From: Felis catus
Taxonomy: Eukaryota
DNA: 64,000 nucleotides
NCBI RefSeq assembly: GCF_018350175.1
Contig: NC_058377.1
Span: forward strand, 100,316,001 to 100,380,000
Direction: 5' to 3'
Within the stretch, counting starts at the first letter, position 1. Each line of letters starts with the position of its first letter. The notes beneath the pieces were generated by a model, which was given only the letters and a program-made list of their open reading frames with translations, searched no databases and was not told where the DNA came from. Positions 36,489 to 49,055 of this stretch are shown piece by piece. The position numbers and the translations under genes are program-made.

Positions 36489-37460
36489 ATGCCTTCAGAA
36501 GAACGTATGGAAAATAGAAACAATGTGACGGAGTTTGTCCTCCTGGGGCTCACACAGGACTCTGAGGGGCAAAAAGTTCTTTTTGTCCCATTCTTACTCA
36601 TCTATATTGTGACAATAGTGGGCAATCTGCTTATCATGGTGACCATCATGGCCAGTCCGTCACTGGGTTCTCCCATGTACTTTTTCCTGGCTTATTTATC
36701 ATTTATAGATGCTATCTATTCTACTGTCATTGCTCCCAAGATGATTGTAGACTTGCTCTATGAGAAGAAGACTATTTCCTTCCAGGCTTGCATGACTCAA
36801 GTCTTTCTGGATCACTTATTTGCTGGTGCTGAAGTCATTCTTCTGGTGGTGATGGCCTATGACCGATATGTAGCCATCTGTAAACCACTTCATTATCTAA
36901 TCATCATGAATAGGAGGGTATGTGTTCTTATGCTGCTGGTGGCCTGGACTGGAGGCTTTCTGCACTCGTTGNNNNNNNNNNNNNNNNNNNNNNNNNNNNN
37001 NNNNNNNNNNNNNNNNNNNNNNNNNNNNNNNNNNNNNNNNNNNNNNNNNNNNNNNNNNNNNNNNNNNNNNNNNNNNNNNNNNNNNNNNNNNNNNNNNNNN
37101 NNNNNNNNNNNNNNNNNNNNNNNNNNNATCTTCTTCATTCTCCTAGTTTCCTATGCAGTCATATTACGCTCTCTTAAGACTAATGGTTTGGAAGAGAAAC
37201 GCAAAGCCTTCTACACCTGTGCATCCCATATAACTGTGGTCATTTTATTCTTTGTTCCCTGTATCTTCCTGTATGCAAGGGCTAATTCTACCTTTCCTAT
37301 TGATAAATTCATGACTGTGGTTTTAACATTCATAACCCCCATGCTGAACCCTTTAATCTATACCCTGAGAAATAAAGAAATAAAAAATGCCATGAGGAAG
37401 CTTTGGAGTAAAAATCTGACCTTTGCTGGAGGAAGGTTGTACTGCTCGTGCAGAACATGA
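36489..37460 (+). CDS. OR4A15: Olfactory receptor OR4A15-like; 156-nt N gap at 36972-37127; the second Met (36507, [10 protein letters not shown]) may be the real start
   Basis: OR motifs on both sides of the gap are in one frame. PSEEx[22 protein letters not shown] and [11 protein letters not shown] match my recall of human OR4A15. Intactness inside the gap cannot be seen. Confidence 0.85.
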   Translation: MPSEERMENRNNVTEFVLLGLTQDSEGQKVLFVPFLLIYIVTIVGNLLIMVTIMASPSLGSPMYFFLAYLSFIDAIYSTVIAPKMIVDLLYEKKTISFQACMTQVFLDHLFAGAEVILLVVMAYDRYVAICKPLHYLIIMNRRVCVLMLLVAWTGGFLHSLXXXXXXXXXXXXXXXXXXXXXXXXXXXXXXXXXXXXXXXXXXXXXXXXXXXXIFFILLVSYAVILRSLKTNGLEEKRKAFYTCASHITVVILFFVPCIFLYARANSTFPIDKFMTVVLTFITPMLNPLIYTLRNKEIKNAMRKLWSKNLTFAGGRLYCSCRT

Positions 37461-39049
37461 TATTCATTCTTTCACAGAATCAAGGACTCCTTTCACTAAC
37501 AGTGATTACATTTTAAAAATCATCTCCTTTGCATTATTTAGCCTATTTATTCTGAAACAGGTCTATAAATTAATCTTTATCTAAATGGGGTATGTTATAT
37601 CCCTTAGAGAGCAAGAGAATTGTGTCAATTTAATCCCTGATGTATGTAATCAAACTGTGTTAAGATTCTTTAGTGGGAAACAATTTTTGGTTTTATTTCA
37701 AGTTCTTGTTTGTGGGGTATGGCACCTCCATGGTATGTAAAAATATTATCTAGTAGAAAATTTAAAATTAAAAATTCATCTTGTTAAAAAATAAAACCTA
37801 ACAGCTTCATCTAACAGCAAAAATAAATATCCTGGTCAAATTAATTCATTTCACAGCACATGTTCACAGCTGAGGATAGACCCATAAGCAGTGAACTTTG
37901 TTAGGTTTATACTGTGGTGGTAGCATATGGTTGATTTTGTATATTCTAATTAAGTTTTGGACAGAAAAATTAAATTGTTCAACCCATTCTGTACATCAAG
38001 ATCAAATGGCTTCTTCCAGTAGTTACAATATATGTATAAGTGACTCGACTCATATTACGATAGAGCCTCAAATGCTGCCTACATTAAATTATACTCTCTG
38101 GGTACCTTTTTAAAAAATTGGCAATAAATGTAAAACATTTTGGGACTAGATTGTTTTGTTTACATATGAATGACTTTCTGATTCTCTGTAAACTTTGTGT
38201 TCTTGACTTAAGTGGTAAATCAAAGGTGTCTTCTCTGTTTACAATTGCTCTGTAGGAGTTTTGGAGGTCTATTACTGTAATACAAAGACCATTTTTTAAG
38301 GTTCTGGCATTATGCATTACCTTGTTGAGAAGTCAACTCACAACACAGATTGGATATGATATTGGTATTTTTTTTGCCCTCATCCTTCTTTCAGTTTGTA
38401 ATTCGATCTGGTTAGTGTACTTAGCAATATTAACGCTCCCATTTCTTTTATATGTATTGAATAAATGCCAGCCATGAAGGTTAATTTATTATTCAATGAA
38501 GTAAATAAAAATTAATCTAGATCTTTTCTTCAGAAAGAAATTCAACACAGTGGATTAAATAGTAAAAATTTATCAGAACTGTAGGAGATGACACCGGGGT
38601 CCTGGCATGAACTAAGTTGGGATCAAGGTCTCACCACCTCTGCTGTGGTGCAGAGGTGCAGAAACCGGACTCAGGATGAATGTTCTGTGCATATGCTTCT
38701 CAACGTCCTTCCCTGTCCTGATTTGATAAATATAACTTCCAAAAAAATTTAAAGTTTTGCTTCTTACATTTATATCTCTAACCTATATAGGATATAAATT
38801 TTCAGGTATGGTGCGAGGTGGGAATATACTTTCCTTTTTATAGTAGATTAACTTCTCCCAGCACATTTATTGAATAACCATTGCATTTCCCACTACCCTG
38901 CAACACTTCCACTTTCATATAGAAAATATCTATATATCTATTCTTCTATTTCTTAGCTTTCCAAAGTGTTCAATTTGTTGATCCATGAACAATAATACAG
39001 TGTCTAAATTACTGCAATGTTTCACATAGTATCGAAGTCTAAAAGATCG

Positions 39050-39267
39050 CCCCCAAGTACCAGCAATCACTTTATCATTTCGGATGGTTTTGGTGGGTCA
39101 GAAATTTGGGAGTGGTTCACAGCGGTATTTCTGGGTCAGGGCCTCTCATGAGGTTGCAGGCAGAAATTGGCTGAGCCTGAGGTCATTCTGAAAAGCTTCT
39201 TCACTCACATGCCTTGTACTAGGCTTGCAAGTCTTGAACAGTGAGGGCTGGAAGAACTAGTACTCCT
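39050..39267 (-). mobile_element. MLT1-type LTR fragment
   Basis: gtgggtcagaaatttggg...tctcatgaggttgcagg...cttcttcactcacatg. Confidence 0.7.
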
Positions 39268-39553
39268 TGAGATCATAAGGGTGGGGCCCTAATCTGATGC
39301 AACTGGTATCCTAATAAGGAGAGGAAGGGACATTAGAGTTCTCTCTCTCACTCATGTGCACAGAAGAAAGGCCATGTGAGGACAGTGTGAGAAGGTGGCC
39401 CATCTGCAAACCCGGAAAAGAGGCCTCACCGGAAGCCAACCATGTTGCCACCTTGATATCGGACTTCCAGCCTCCAGAACTGTGGGAATATCAAGGTCTG
39501 TTTAAGCCTCCCAGTCTGCAGGATTTTGCTATGACAGCCCAAGCAGACTAATA
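39268..39553 (+). mobile_element. MLT1A-like LTR, 3' part
   Basis: gggtggggccctaatc...aaaggccatgtgaggaca...gacttccagcctccagaactgtg...agcccaagcagactaata. Confidence 0.88.
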
Positions 39554-39594
39554 TGATGATGGTGGTGGTGATGATGATGATGATGATAAATAAT

Positions 39595-40320
39595 CTAGAT
39601 TTGGTGAATAAAGTCCTGAACTGAATCACCAAAATTCAGTTCAGGAAGATAATAGCTTCTCATCGAATCTTTTTAAAAAAATTTTTTTTTTCAACGTTTA
39701 TTTATTTTTGGGACAGAGAGAGACAGAGCATGAAAATAGCTTCTCATCGAATCTTTTTAAAAAAATTTTTTTTTTCAACGTTTATTTATTTTTGGGACAG
39801 AGAGAGACAGAGCATGAACGGGCGAGGGGCAGAGAGAGAGGGAGACACAGAATCGGAAACAGGCTCCAGGCTCTGAGCCATCAGCCCAGAGCCCCACGCG
39901 GGGCTCGAACTCATGGACCGCGAGATCGTGACCTGGCTGAAGTCGGACGCTTAACCGACTGCGCCACCCAGGCGCCCCCGCTTCTCATCGAATCTTGAGA
40001 TGAGAATAATTTCCTAAGCCAGAACTTCTTGAATGAAGGAATCATCACATATCCTTGAATAAATACCCTGTGATATCACCACAGATAGGGGGTGTATATC
40101 TTCATCCTAACCTTTCTCTAAGGCATCTGACATCATTTGGCAGGGTAACTATGCTCTGAAAAGAGAGAAATACTCAAACATTTCTGGAGATGCCATAAAT
40201 ATGTTGCAAACTAATGCTCATTCCTGGGTGGCAGAATGCCACTGTGGGCCAGTGGTCAGAAAGCAGACCGAAGGTGAAAGAATATTGGCCCAAAGCAATC
40301 ACAGTGGGCCAGTTCTGCGG
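39595..40320 (+). mobile_element. Degenerate ERV-L internal fragment (gag end/protease region), interrupted by a SINE
   Basis: ccagaacttcttgaatgaagga, cagggtaactatgc, cactgtgg and acagtgggccag occur in the order I recall for the HERV-L gag-pro consensus. Confidence 0.6.
39670..39979 (-). mobile_element. Young SINEC_Fc with a duplicated tail end
   Basis: TSD gcttctcatcgaatctt; exact 84-bp tandem duplication (see findings). Confidence 0.95.
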
Positions 40321-42616
40321 AGAAAGTTAGACTGCTTATATTCTAAGGAATACATTTCCATTTTGGGTCCCTGATCTCTGGTGTTTAGTTTCATGGAATG
40401 ACAGGCTGAGTAGAAGTATTTAGAACTAATCTTCCTTTTCAAAACAGTAAGTAAAAAAAAATTACCATATCCTTGGGCTACCAAAGAGATTTGATTTATT
40501 CAGGGAGTGAGTCTTACCACATTCCCACTGAATTTACTAGTTCGGCTTGGAATAAAATGGAGAGACAGGGTAACTGTGTGGAAAATGGAATCTTAAAATA
40601 AATCTGAAATAAATTAGGCAAGCAAAACAATGTCTTTTGTTTGAATTATCCTTTAGCAAGTGAAAATATCAGCTATTCCATGCAGGAAAAAGATAAGTAG
40701 GTTGGGATATAAGAAACCTAAATTTGTACCCTTAATTTGTCACCATCAGACTTAAATTTTTTCCTCATCACCATCTGAATGTGTAATTTCAGGAATGTTT
40801 CTTTCCTTCCCTGGGCCTCAGTTTCTTCATATGAAAAATAAAAAGAATGAATTAGATACTCTTCAATAATTCATTCAATTCCCAATGTCTATGATTAATG
40901 ATTGATTAACCAAATTCTGGCCTCCATGTACTTGACTTTTTGGGAAACTCCCATAGTAGACTATCAAACCCAAGACTAGTATTCTTCTTACAGTCAAAAA
41001 TGGTACAACACTTTTTGGGACTTTTGATTTTGGAGAGCTCGTAAATCAGGCAGATAACACTGTGGAACTGAAATAGCAGAAACTGACTTTTGGTTCTACT
41101 GCTTACTAGTTACACCATCCTGGAAAAATGAAAGAAATTATTCTAAATGTTAGGTTTTCCATCTATAAGTTCGGAGTAATGTACTCATCTTCTAGGGTTA
41201 TTTTGAAATTAAATATGAGAGAGGATTGTAAACAGTAAAGGCTTGATGTATGATACTACCTTTTAATAGCAAATTTAGGTCAAATTAGAAATGGACAGAG
41301 ACCATAATATGTTATTAACTGACCAGACAAAATATATAAGTAAATGATAATTCTAAATTCTCCAAAGAGAGGAGATGGACAATTCTCAGAGGAAGAAGTT
41401 GACGTATTTCAAATTCTCAAGTGTGTTTTGAATCTATTTGTTAATGTCTCCACAACTTAGGATGAGAAACAGTCTCTTCTTAAAGCCTTTGTTGAAAGAT
41501 GAATATTAAAGAAGATTCATGCTAAGTACCTTGGTAAGATTTTACATGGGAGGTAATGTGGGGCCATGGTCAAGATCAAGACTTGAGGCCAGACAGACTT
41601 GAATTATATCTTTAGGTCTGTCCCTCACTAACTATATATCCTGGAACACAAGGTTTTCCTTCTCCATGTCTCAATTTTCCTATCTGTAAAATAGAAGGAA
41701 GAACCTTTCAACCACATATCGCTCTTTCTAAAAAATATTCAGTGAGGAATTTTACATTTTTTTTGCATAATGTATAGCATATGTGAAACAGTCAATACTA
41801 ATTTTTGATCATTACTTGTAATAATAATGGTTAACTTTCATGCAGAACTTTATAATTACCAAATAATTCACACTCTTAAGAGGAAAGTAAGCTTAATTCT
41901 TTAGTCCTTAATTCTCTCAGAACTGTAATATTTCTGCCACCACAAAAATAAAAAAGGAGGTGAGAAAGAGCTATTGGAACATTCAAAATGGTACTAAAGT
42001 TTATTTAAAAAGTGTTTTCTAAAAGTAGAGTAACATATAATCATGCTAAAAAATATGAAATACAGAGAGGTGAAAAATGAAAAAAATGTTAGTTTCAGCA
42101 TTACAAAAAACCTATAAAATAATACTGTTTTTGCTTTGTTTACTTTCTGTATTTTTCATGCATAATTTTTCATAGTTATCCCTATACTTTTCCAACACAA
42201 ACATAACATTTAACAATATAGTAACTGAGACTTTTTCTATGAATTAAAAGATTTTGGAGAAATGTTTCTTTAATTCCTGAAAGCAAAAAGGGGTGCCTTA
42301 TTTAAATGCACTGAAATGACTTTTAGCTTTTATTAATTGATTGTGTAGCAGACCTTTCCTTTCTTGACTTGTATGTAGTTTGGCTCTTAATGAGGGAGAA
42401 CACTGCTGGGAGGGACACCCTTGGTTGTTTCCTATGTGTTATTATATAGGAGAGGCTAGTGAAAACATCATGGCTATTGGTTGAAGATGTCGTTTCTGGT
42501 ATCACATTTGAAAGCAATCAAAGCAAAGGCTTTCTCTCTGAGAGTTGAGATGATCGTATTTGATAAAGTGTAGCAGATAACTGGAGCCTCAGTGCTTCCA
42601 AATTTTTAATCTCTCT

Positions 42617-42809
42617 CTTTTTTAAATGTTTATTTATTTATTTTGAGGTGGGGGAGTGGCAGAGAGGGAGGGAGAGCAAGAATCCTGAGCAGACTCCGCA
42701 CTGTCAGTGCAGAGCCCCATGTGGGGCTTGAACCCACAGACTGTGAGATCATGACCTGAGCTGAATTCAAGATTCAGACGCTTAACTGACTGAGCCACCC
42801 AGGCACCTC
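42617..42809 (-). mobile_element. SINEC
   Basis: TSD tttaatctct. Confidence 0.9.
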
Positions 42810-43573
42810 TTTAATCTCTTTATGCAAGAAATAGCAGTCCCTTGCTTCCTGAAGTGATGGGAAACTGAGGTGGTTTTTTCAAGAGCAAGCATTTGGAATT
42901 CTATTCCCTACTTTAAGTATTCACTTAATCTTCAGAGCAAAATGTTAAAGCGCCTAACTCAGTGTACTAGTCACGAGGTGTGATCCAATGCTCCATCTTC
43001 CTGGGCATTCACACTTGGTTATGGGGCACGTCACACACTTTGAAGTGCGCATCTCTGATACTTTTAACATTTTCCCTCTTTTTCCTTAGAATATTGACTG
43101 TCCATATCATAGATGAGGAGTTCTTTCAGAGAAGGCCCCTGTCTGCATCTCTCTTTGTAGCCCCTTCCAGCCCCTTTGCACATATTAGGGGCCGGATATA
43201 TATATATAGTTACTGAATTAACATGTATATCAGTGAAAGTTTGGACAGTAAACCAATGAATTAATGGATGAATGAATGAATCATGGGTTCTGAGAAATAA
43301 GGGACTGATTTTCATAAAACTAAAAAATGGATTTGATCTAGTTGTGACAATACCACAACTATATCTTATTCGATAGCTTCTCTATTAATTCTCTACAATT
43401 TTTAGATGATACAATTACAAAGGTAAGCCAAAGACCCAAACAACCATGTTTGCAAAAGATAAAACATTGGAGTTTTTAAAGACTGGATTCTCTGTCTTTG
43501 GCTCACACAGACTTAAACAGAAAAAAATTGCTTCCTTTTCTCATCTATAGTGATAACACCTGTTAATAGGCCT

Positions 43574-43612
43574 ATCTTTTTCTTTTTTTTTTTTTAATGT
43601 TTATTGATTTCT

Positions 43613-43652
<40 letters not shown>

Positions 43653-43823
43653 GAGAGCCAGCAGGGGAGATGCAGGGGGCGGGGAGAGACACAGAATCCG
43701 AAGTAGGCTCCAGGCTCTGAGCTGTCAGCACAGAGCCGGACGTGGGGCTTGAACCCACAAGCTGTGAGATCATGACTTGAGCCGAAGTCTGACGCTCAAC
43801 TGACTGAGCCACCCAGGTGCCCC
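43574..43823 (-). mobile_element. SINEC with long (AG)n
   Basis: TSD taggcct. Confidence 0.92.
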
Positions 43824-44869
43824 TAGGCCTTTATTTTTCAATCTGGGAGCTGAAAAAAAGGAGCCTGGTTAGGCTTCTACAGTATGGGCATCCTAGTTTT
43901 CATATTTTCACCTGCAGCATTGATTCGCATTCCTTGGCCTTCTTGGTAGCTATGCCTCTACTAGATTATTCTCACTAGTTCTTTTTCAGAAGGCACTGAA
44001 GCAGTGCTTTCTGGGATTTTAAGGGAAGAAATATTTGCTTGAGTATACACCATTACAGGTTAAAAGATCACTCTAGGGAAATGAAATCTGGAGACATGAA
44101 AAAGGAATGGAGAGTAGTGGATAGGTAGAGATCTTTTTTATTTTGTGGGGCAGGGAGGATGCTGAGCAAAAAGGTAGGAAAAATGAATTTGAAGGGGAGA
44201 GTATCAGTGAATAACACTTGCAAGAAATCTATTTATTTCTGTTGAAATATTTTTGACATTCATTTTAAAACTATAATCATGTGTAACAAACACTGTCTTT
44301 ATCCGCTGAAGGCCAAGACTAATAAATCTACTGTGGAGTGCATGTGTGAAATAGCTTACAAGCAATCACTTTGGTAAAGAAGAGAAAAGGACTCGTGCTA
44401 GGTGGTTAAAAACCATGCAGATAAATGACTGACAACCACTCTTATTCTTTTTGAGTAATTCATTGCTTTAGGTGTTATAGATATGGCCTCATAGAAAGAA
44501 CACTATAATATTAATAGTCGTAGTCCAGCGTCATCCTTTGTATCTCCTTTATGCCAGTTACTGGGATAGTAGCTGTTCTGCTCTCACAGATATCCTTTGA
44601 GCCAAATATATTCATTTTACAGTAAATAGTGAAGAGTTCCAGGGGTTAAATGCACTTTATAGAATTACCTTTGCTTGTTTATTTCAGCGTCACAACCCTT
44701 TGACTTACATTGAACAGCTTCCTTACCCTTTCTATATCTTAAATATTTCATCTGTTAAGTGAGGATGATAGCAGTGTCTGACTTCATTGTTGAATTAAAG
44801 ATTAAATGTGTCTGGTACTTGATAAACAGTCAGGAAATCATTGACTGTGTTAGTAGTGACTTCTAGACA

Positions 44870-45600
44870 TGAAATTGTCTCAGTAAATGACAACACTGTC
44901 TTTAGATGTTGTTGTCCAAAAATTTTTGGAGTAATTTTTACTCTTTTCTCTCTTTATGTCTATGTTAAGGCCATCCAGAAATTCTATTGTATCTACCTTC
45001 ATAATATATTCACCTCTACTATTACCATACTGGTCCAAACCATCATTGCTTTTTAGCTGGATGGTTGTAATAACCTCCCAACGAGTCTTCTACTCTTGTT
45101 CTTCTCTGACCCATTCTGAGTCAGAATAATCCTCTTACAATGATCTGCAAGGCCCTACAAGATCTGTCATCAGCCAGTCTTTATTCATTCCTATCCTGTT
45201 ACACTGCCTCCTTTGATCAACAGTATCAACCATGCTCCCTCCTCAGGGACTTTTCACTTGCTGGTCTCTCTGTATGGAAACTTCTCTCCTTGGGTATCAT
45301 TGCAGGTCCTTCCCCATTCGTTCAAGTTTGGCTTATGCAATCCCTTCCGAAAGAAGCCTTCTCTCACTGCCTTGGAGAAAATCATATACAGGGACCATGT
45401 ATCATTTACCCTGCTTTATTTTTCTCATAGCAATTATCGTAACTTGACATAATGTATAGTTCTTTTTTTTATTTGCTATTTTCTCTCTCTACTTACTAGA
45501 ATATAAGCTTCACGAAAGAGGAAATTTTATCTTTTCTTTTACTGTTAAAGCTCCACTTCCGAGAGTGTATTTTGAAACGAACTTATACATGAATGATTCA
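44870..45600 (+). mobile_element. L2 fragment
   Basis: ctggtccaaaccatcatt, aataacctccca, caaggccctacaagatctg, actagaatataagcttcacgaa. Confidence 0.8.
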
Positions 45601-45640
45601 ATAGACCATAAAATTATATTTCATTGTGTAATCCTTCCCC

Positions 45641-45643
<3 letters not shown>

Positions 45644-45682
<39 letters not shown>
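45644..45682. repeat. (CA)n microsatellite
   Basis: Seen directly. Confidence 0.95.
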
Positions 45683-45684
<2 letters not shown>

Positions 45685-45837
45685 AGGGCCAAATTGATGT
45701 AATTTGTTCAGCAGCTTGGTTTCGTTGTGGTTGATAAGGGTACTTACAATAGCAAAGTCTGGGTGGGAATAGAATTAGGAGGTTAATAAAAAATAATTTA
45801 ATAACATATTTTGATTCCATTTGTCTTCAAAGCAAGT

Positions 45838-46054
45838 TTTTTAAAAAAATTAGTGCTTATTTATTTTTGAGAGAGAGAGAGACAGACTGTGAGCGGGGGG
45901 AGGGGCAGAGAGAGAGGGAGACACAGAATCTGAAGCAGGCTCTAGGCTCTGTCAGCACAGAGCCCTACACGGGGCCCAAACTCACGAACTGTGAGATCAC
46001 GACCTGAGCTGAAGTCAGACGCTTAACTGACTGACTGAGCCACCCAGGTGCCCC
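45838..46054 (-). mobile_element. SINEC
   Basis: TSD tcttcaaagcaagtttt / tcttcaaagcgagtttt. Confidence 0.93.
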
Positions 46055-46776
46055 TCTTCAAAGCGAGTTTTAAAGAAGACTTTTACAAATTGATTAAATA
46101 GAAGGAGATCCTCAAACAAAATAAAACAGAAAAACCCATGGTGAAATAACACAGAGGTTAAGAATATCTGTATTTTTATGAGTCTTTTAGCTTATCGGTC
46201 CTAAATATAATGGTCCCTATTCTCAGATCAAAAAGCAAGAGAATTTTTTAGAAAGTGAAACCATGACTCTTACGCAAAATGAACACATGAAAAAGATTTT
46301 ATTTAATCATTAATTTATGAGAGAACTGGTAAGATTATAATCACCCGAAAGAAGAATCCAAAATATTACCCTTACATTATTCAATCAGGGATGTGTAATT
46401 CATCTACAAATAAATGCAGAACTGACTTTATCTATAATGGCCAGGGAAGTCAATCAACCTTTCACCAAACAACATTTGCATTTTTATGGGCCAGAGTTAT
46501 TGGCATTATTATCAGTTTTATAAATGTTATGAGTTATAAAATAGCTCAAGGCAGTAAAAGGCATAAATCCTATATAATCCCAAGAGAGTGCTGCAGATAA
46601 CAGACTTTCACTGAAGAAGCCCAATAATCTTTATNNNNNNNNNNNNNNNNNNNNNNNNNNNNNNNNNNNNNNNNNNNNNNNNNNNNNNNNNNNNNNNNNN
46701 NNNNNNNNNNNNNNNNNNNNNNNNNNNNNNNNNNNNNNNNNNNNNNNNNNNNNNNNNNNNNNNNNNNNNNNNNNNN

Positions 46777-46885
46777 TAAATTGGTTTCCATACAACACCC
46801 AGTGCTCATTCCAACATGTGCCCTCCTCAATACCCATCACCTACCCTCCCCTCCTCCCACCCCCATCAACCCTCAGTTTGTTCTG
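46777..46885 (-). mobile_element. Very short felid L1 3' UTR fragment; tail hidden in N gap 46635-46776
   Basis: aaattggtttccatacaacacccagtgctcat...catcaaccctcagtttgttct. Confidence 0.85.
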
Positions 46886-47069
46886 ACAAAAGTTAATTTA
46901 ATTTAGCAGCTATACATGAAAAGAAGTACAGATCTTATAAATAAAATAAATTCATATAAAGGGAAAATGATTTTCTCATTTATTTTTATTTTATTTCTTT
47001 TACAAAGGAAAGAACACAAATTTTCTGCATCCATTGGAGTCCTGAGATAGCATACTTAAAATGAGAGAT

Positions 47070-47440
47070 TAAAAATAGTTTAATTATGTTTATTTATCAA
47101 GGTATAGGTAGGGTTAAGGGAAACCAATAAGGGATGAAAAAGCCATTACCACAATTAGACTTGAGAGAGCAAGGGCGGGGGGCAGGGGGAGTGATCACAG
47201 GAACCCAGAGGGTCCATCCCAAAGAGTTCTGCTTCAGTGAGTCACCCAGTGGTTGACAGACCACTGTCAATCGAACAATACATACCCTGACATCCTTTTC
47301 TTCTCACCTGCTTTCTTACATTCAGCTGGTACCACCTATTGGTCAGAAGGTAAGACATCTGGTTGAAAGAGACCAGGGAAAGGAGCTGCCCAGGGTGGGC
47401 ACATTGAGAGTGGATCTGAAGGGGTGGAAAGACTACATCT
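47070..47440 (-). mobile_element. LTR16-like (ERV-L) solo LTR relic
   Basis: agggttaagggaaaccaataagggatg...ttaccac...gagagtggatctgaagggg. Confidence 0.65.
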
Positions 47441-48061
47441 AGTTTGCATTCCCACCATGTACTGCATTATTTTTTCCTTAGTAAGGGAGTAAACACTTTC
47501 ATTGTTTGGAGTTAACTGGAAAAAAAGAAAACCCAGAAGAAATAAGTAAAGAGTCTTCCAACTTATTTATTCATTTCATATTTATTGGACACCACAATAA
47601 GTCCAACACTGAACCAAGTGAACAAATAAAGGAGTGAACAAGCAGGCAGGTCTACTTCTCTGCCACTTATTTAAAGGGTTTTGAAATGCAAAAGAAGGTG
47701 AATTAGACTTAATCTTGCATCAATCATGTGTGGAACCAAACCAATAGTTGTACAGCTTTTTAAAAATATTTAATGAGTTTTTAACATTTCTTACTGGCTG
47801 AGAAGCAATCAGGCTTATTATATGGTGACCTTCCTGTGCCTGGATGTCCTCTAGCAAAGACCCAGTGACCAGTTTTTCAGGTGTGGAACAAGGATTTTTG
47901 CATCCTTGTAAGAGGTTGAATTCACTTCAAAAATTTGCTCTTTTTATAAAATAGAAAAAGCAAGTTTCTTTTCTTTGGCACACCATGAAAAAATAGCTTA
48001 TGCTATTAAAATGCTTTGCACTTACCTAAAAACCCCACATATAGAGTTCTCATCACCTTGT

Positions 48062-48084
48062 CTTTGAAAATACTGTCTTTACAG
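48062..48084 (+). promoter_or_regulatory. Likely splice acceptor of the OR at 48138
   Basis: tactgtctttacAG|G, 53 nt before the ATG. Confidence 0.55.
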
Positions 48085-48137
48085 GTTAATTCTCCACTCC
48101 TGAATTCATCATCAGCTTTGAAATAAAAGAAGACAGG

Positions 48138-49055
48138 ATGAATGTGACCGAATTCATTCTAATGGGACTTACCCAGAATCCTCAGATGCAGAGAATTCTA
48201 TTTTTGGTGTTACTTATCATCTACATTGTCACTGTCACAGGCAACCTGCTCATTGTGGTCACTATAATCTGCAGCCAGACTTTGGACTCCCCAATGTATT
48301 TCTTCCTGGCATTCTTGTCTTTGATAGATGCATGCTATTCCTCCTCCATAGTCCCTAAAATGTTAGCTGATCTGCTCTCTGATTCAAAATCGGTTTCTTT
48401 TAGTGGCTGCATGACACAGCTCTTTGTAGAACATTTCTTAGGAGCTTCAGAGATTGTCCTCCTTGTGGTCATGGCCTATGACCGCTATGTGGCCATCTGT
48501 AGACCCCTGCACTACATGACCATCATGAACCACCACACATGTCGCCTCTTTGTGGGGGTGTGTTGGGCAGTGGGTTTTCTCCATTCCATTGGACAGATTC
48601 TAGTTACTTTCTGGCTCCCATTCTGTGGTCCCAACGTCATGGATCACTTCATGTGTGACATTTTCCCCCTGTTACAACTTGCCTGTACTGACACTTTCCT
48701 TGTCGGCCTCTTGGTTGTTGCCAATGGTGGAGTAATTTCTGTGATCACCTTTGTGATGTTATTGGTATCCTATGTGGTCATCCTGTGCTCCCTGAAGACT
48801 CACAGCTCTGCAGGGAGGAAAAAGGCCCTCTCTACCTGTGGCTCCCACATCACAGTTGTTGTTTTGTTCTTCGTGCCCTGTATTTTTATGTATCTGAGAC
48901 CAGTAGCTACTTTTCCCATGGATAAAGTCCTAACATTATTCTTTGCTCTTATTACTCCCATGTTAAACCCTGTCATCTACACAGTAAGGAATACAGAAGT
49001 AAAAAATGCCATTAGAATGTTATTAAACAGCAATGCCATTTCAGAAAATAAATGA
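48138..49055 (+). CDS. Olfactory receptor, family 4 (OR4C-like), intact, 305 aa
   Basis: Full ORF with [65 protein letters not shown]. Confidence 0.92.
   Translation: MNVTEFILMGLTQNPQMQRILFLVLLIIYIVTVTGNLLIVVTIICSQTLDSPMYFFLAFLSLIDACYSSSIVPKMLADLLSDSKSVSFSGCMTQLFVEHFLGASEIVLLVVMAYDRYVAICRPLHYMTIMNHHTCRLFVGVCWAVGFLHSIGQILVTFWLPFCGPNVMDHFMCDIFPLLQLACTDTFLVGLLVVANGGVISVITFVMLLVSYVVILCSLKTHSSAGRKKALSTCGSHITVVVLFFVPCIFMYLRPVATFPMDKVLTLFFALITPMLNPVIYTVRNTEVKNAIRMLLNSNAISENK

Noticed and set aside
38635-38658. 9-bp inverted repeat cacctctgc/gcagaggtg
   Set aside because: Isolated, and a few of this size are expected by chance in 64 kb.
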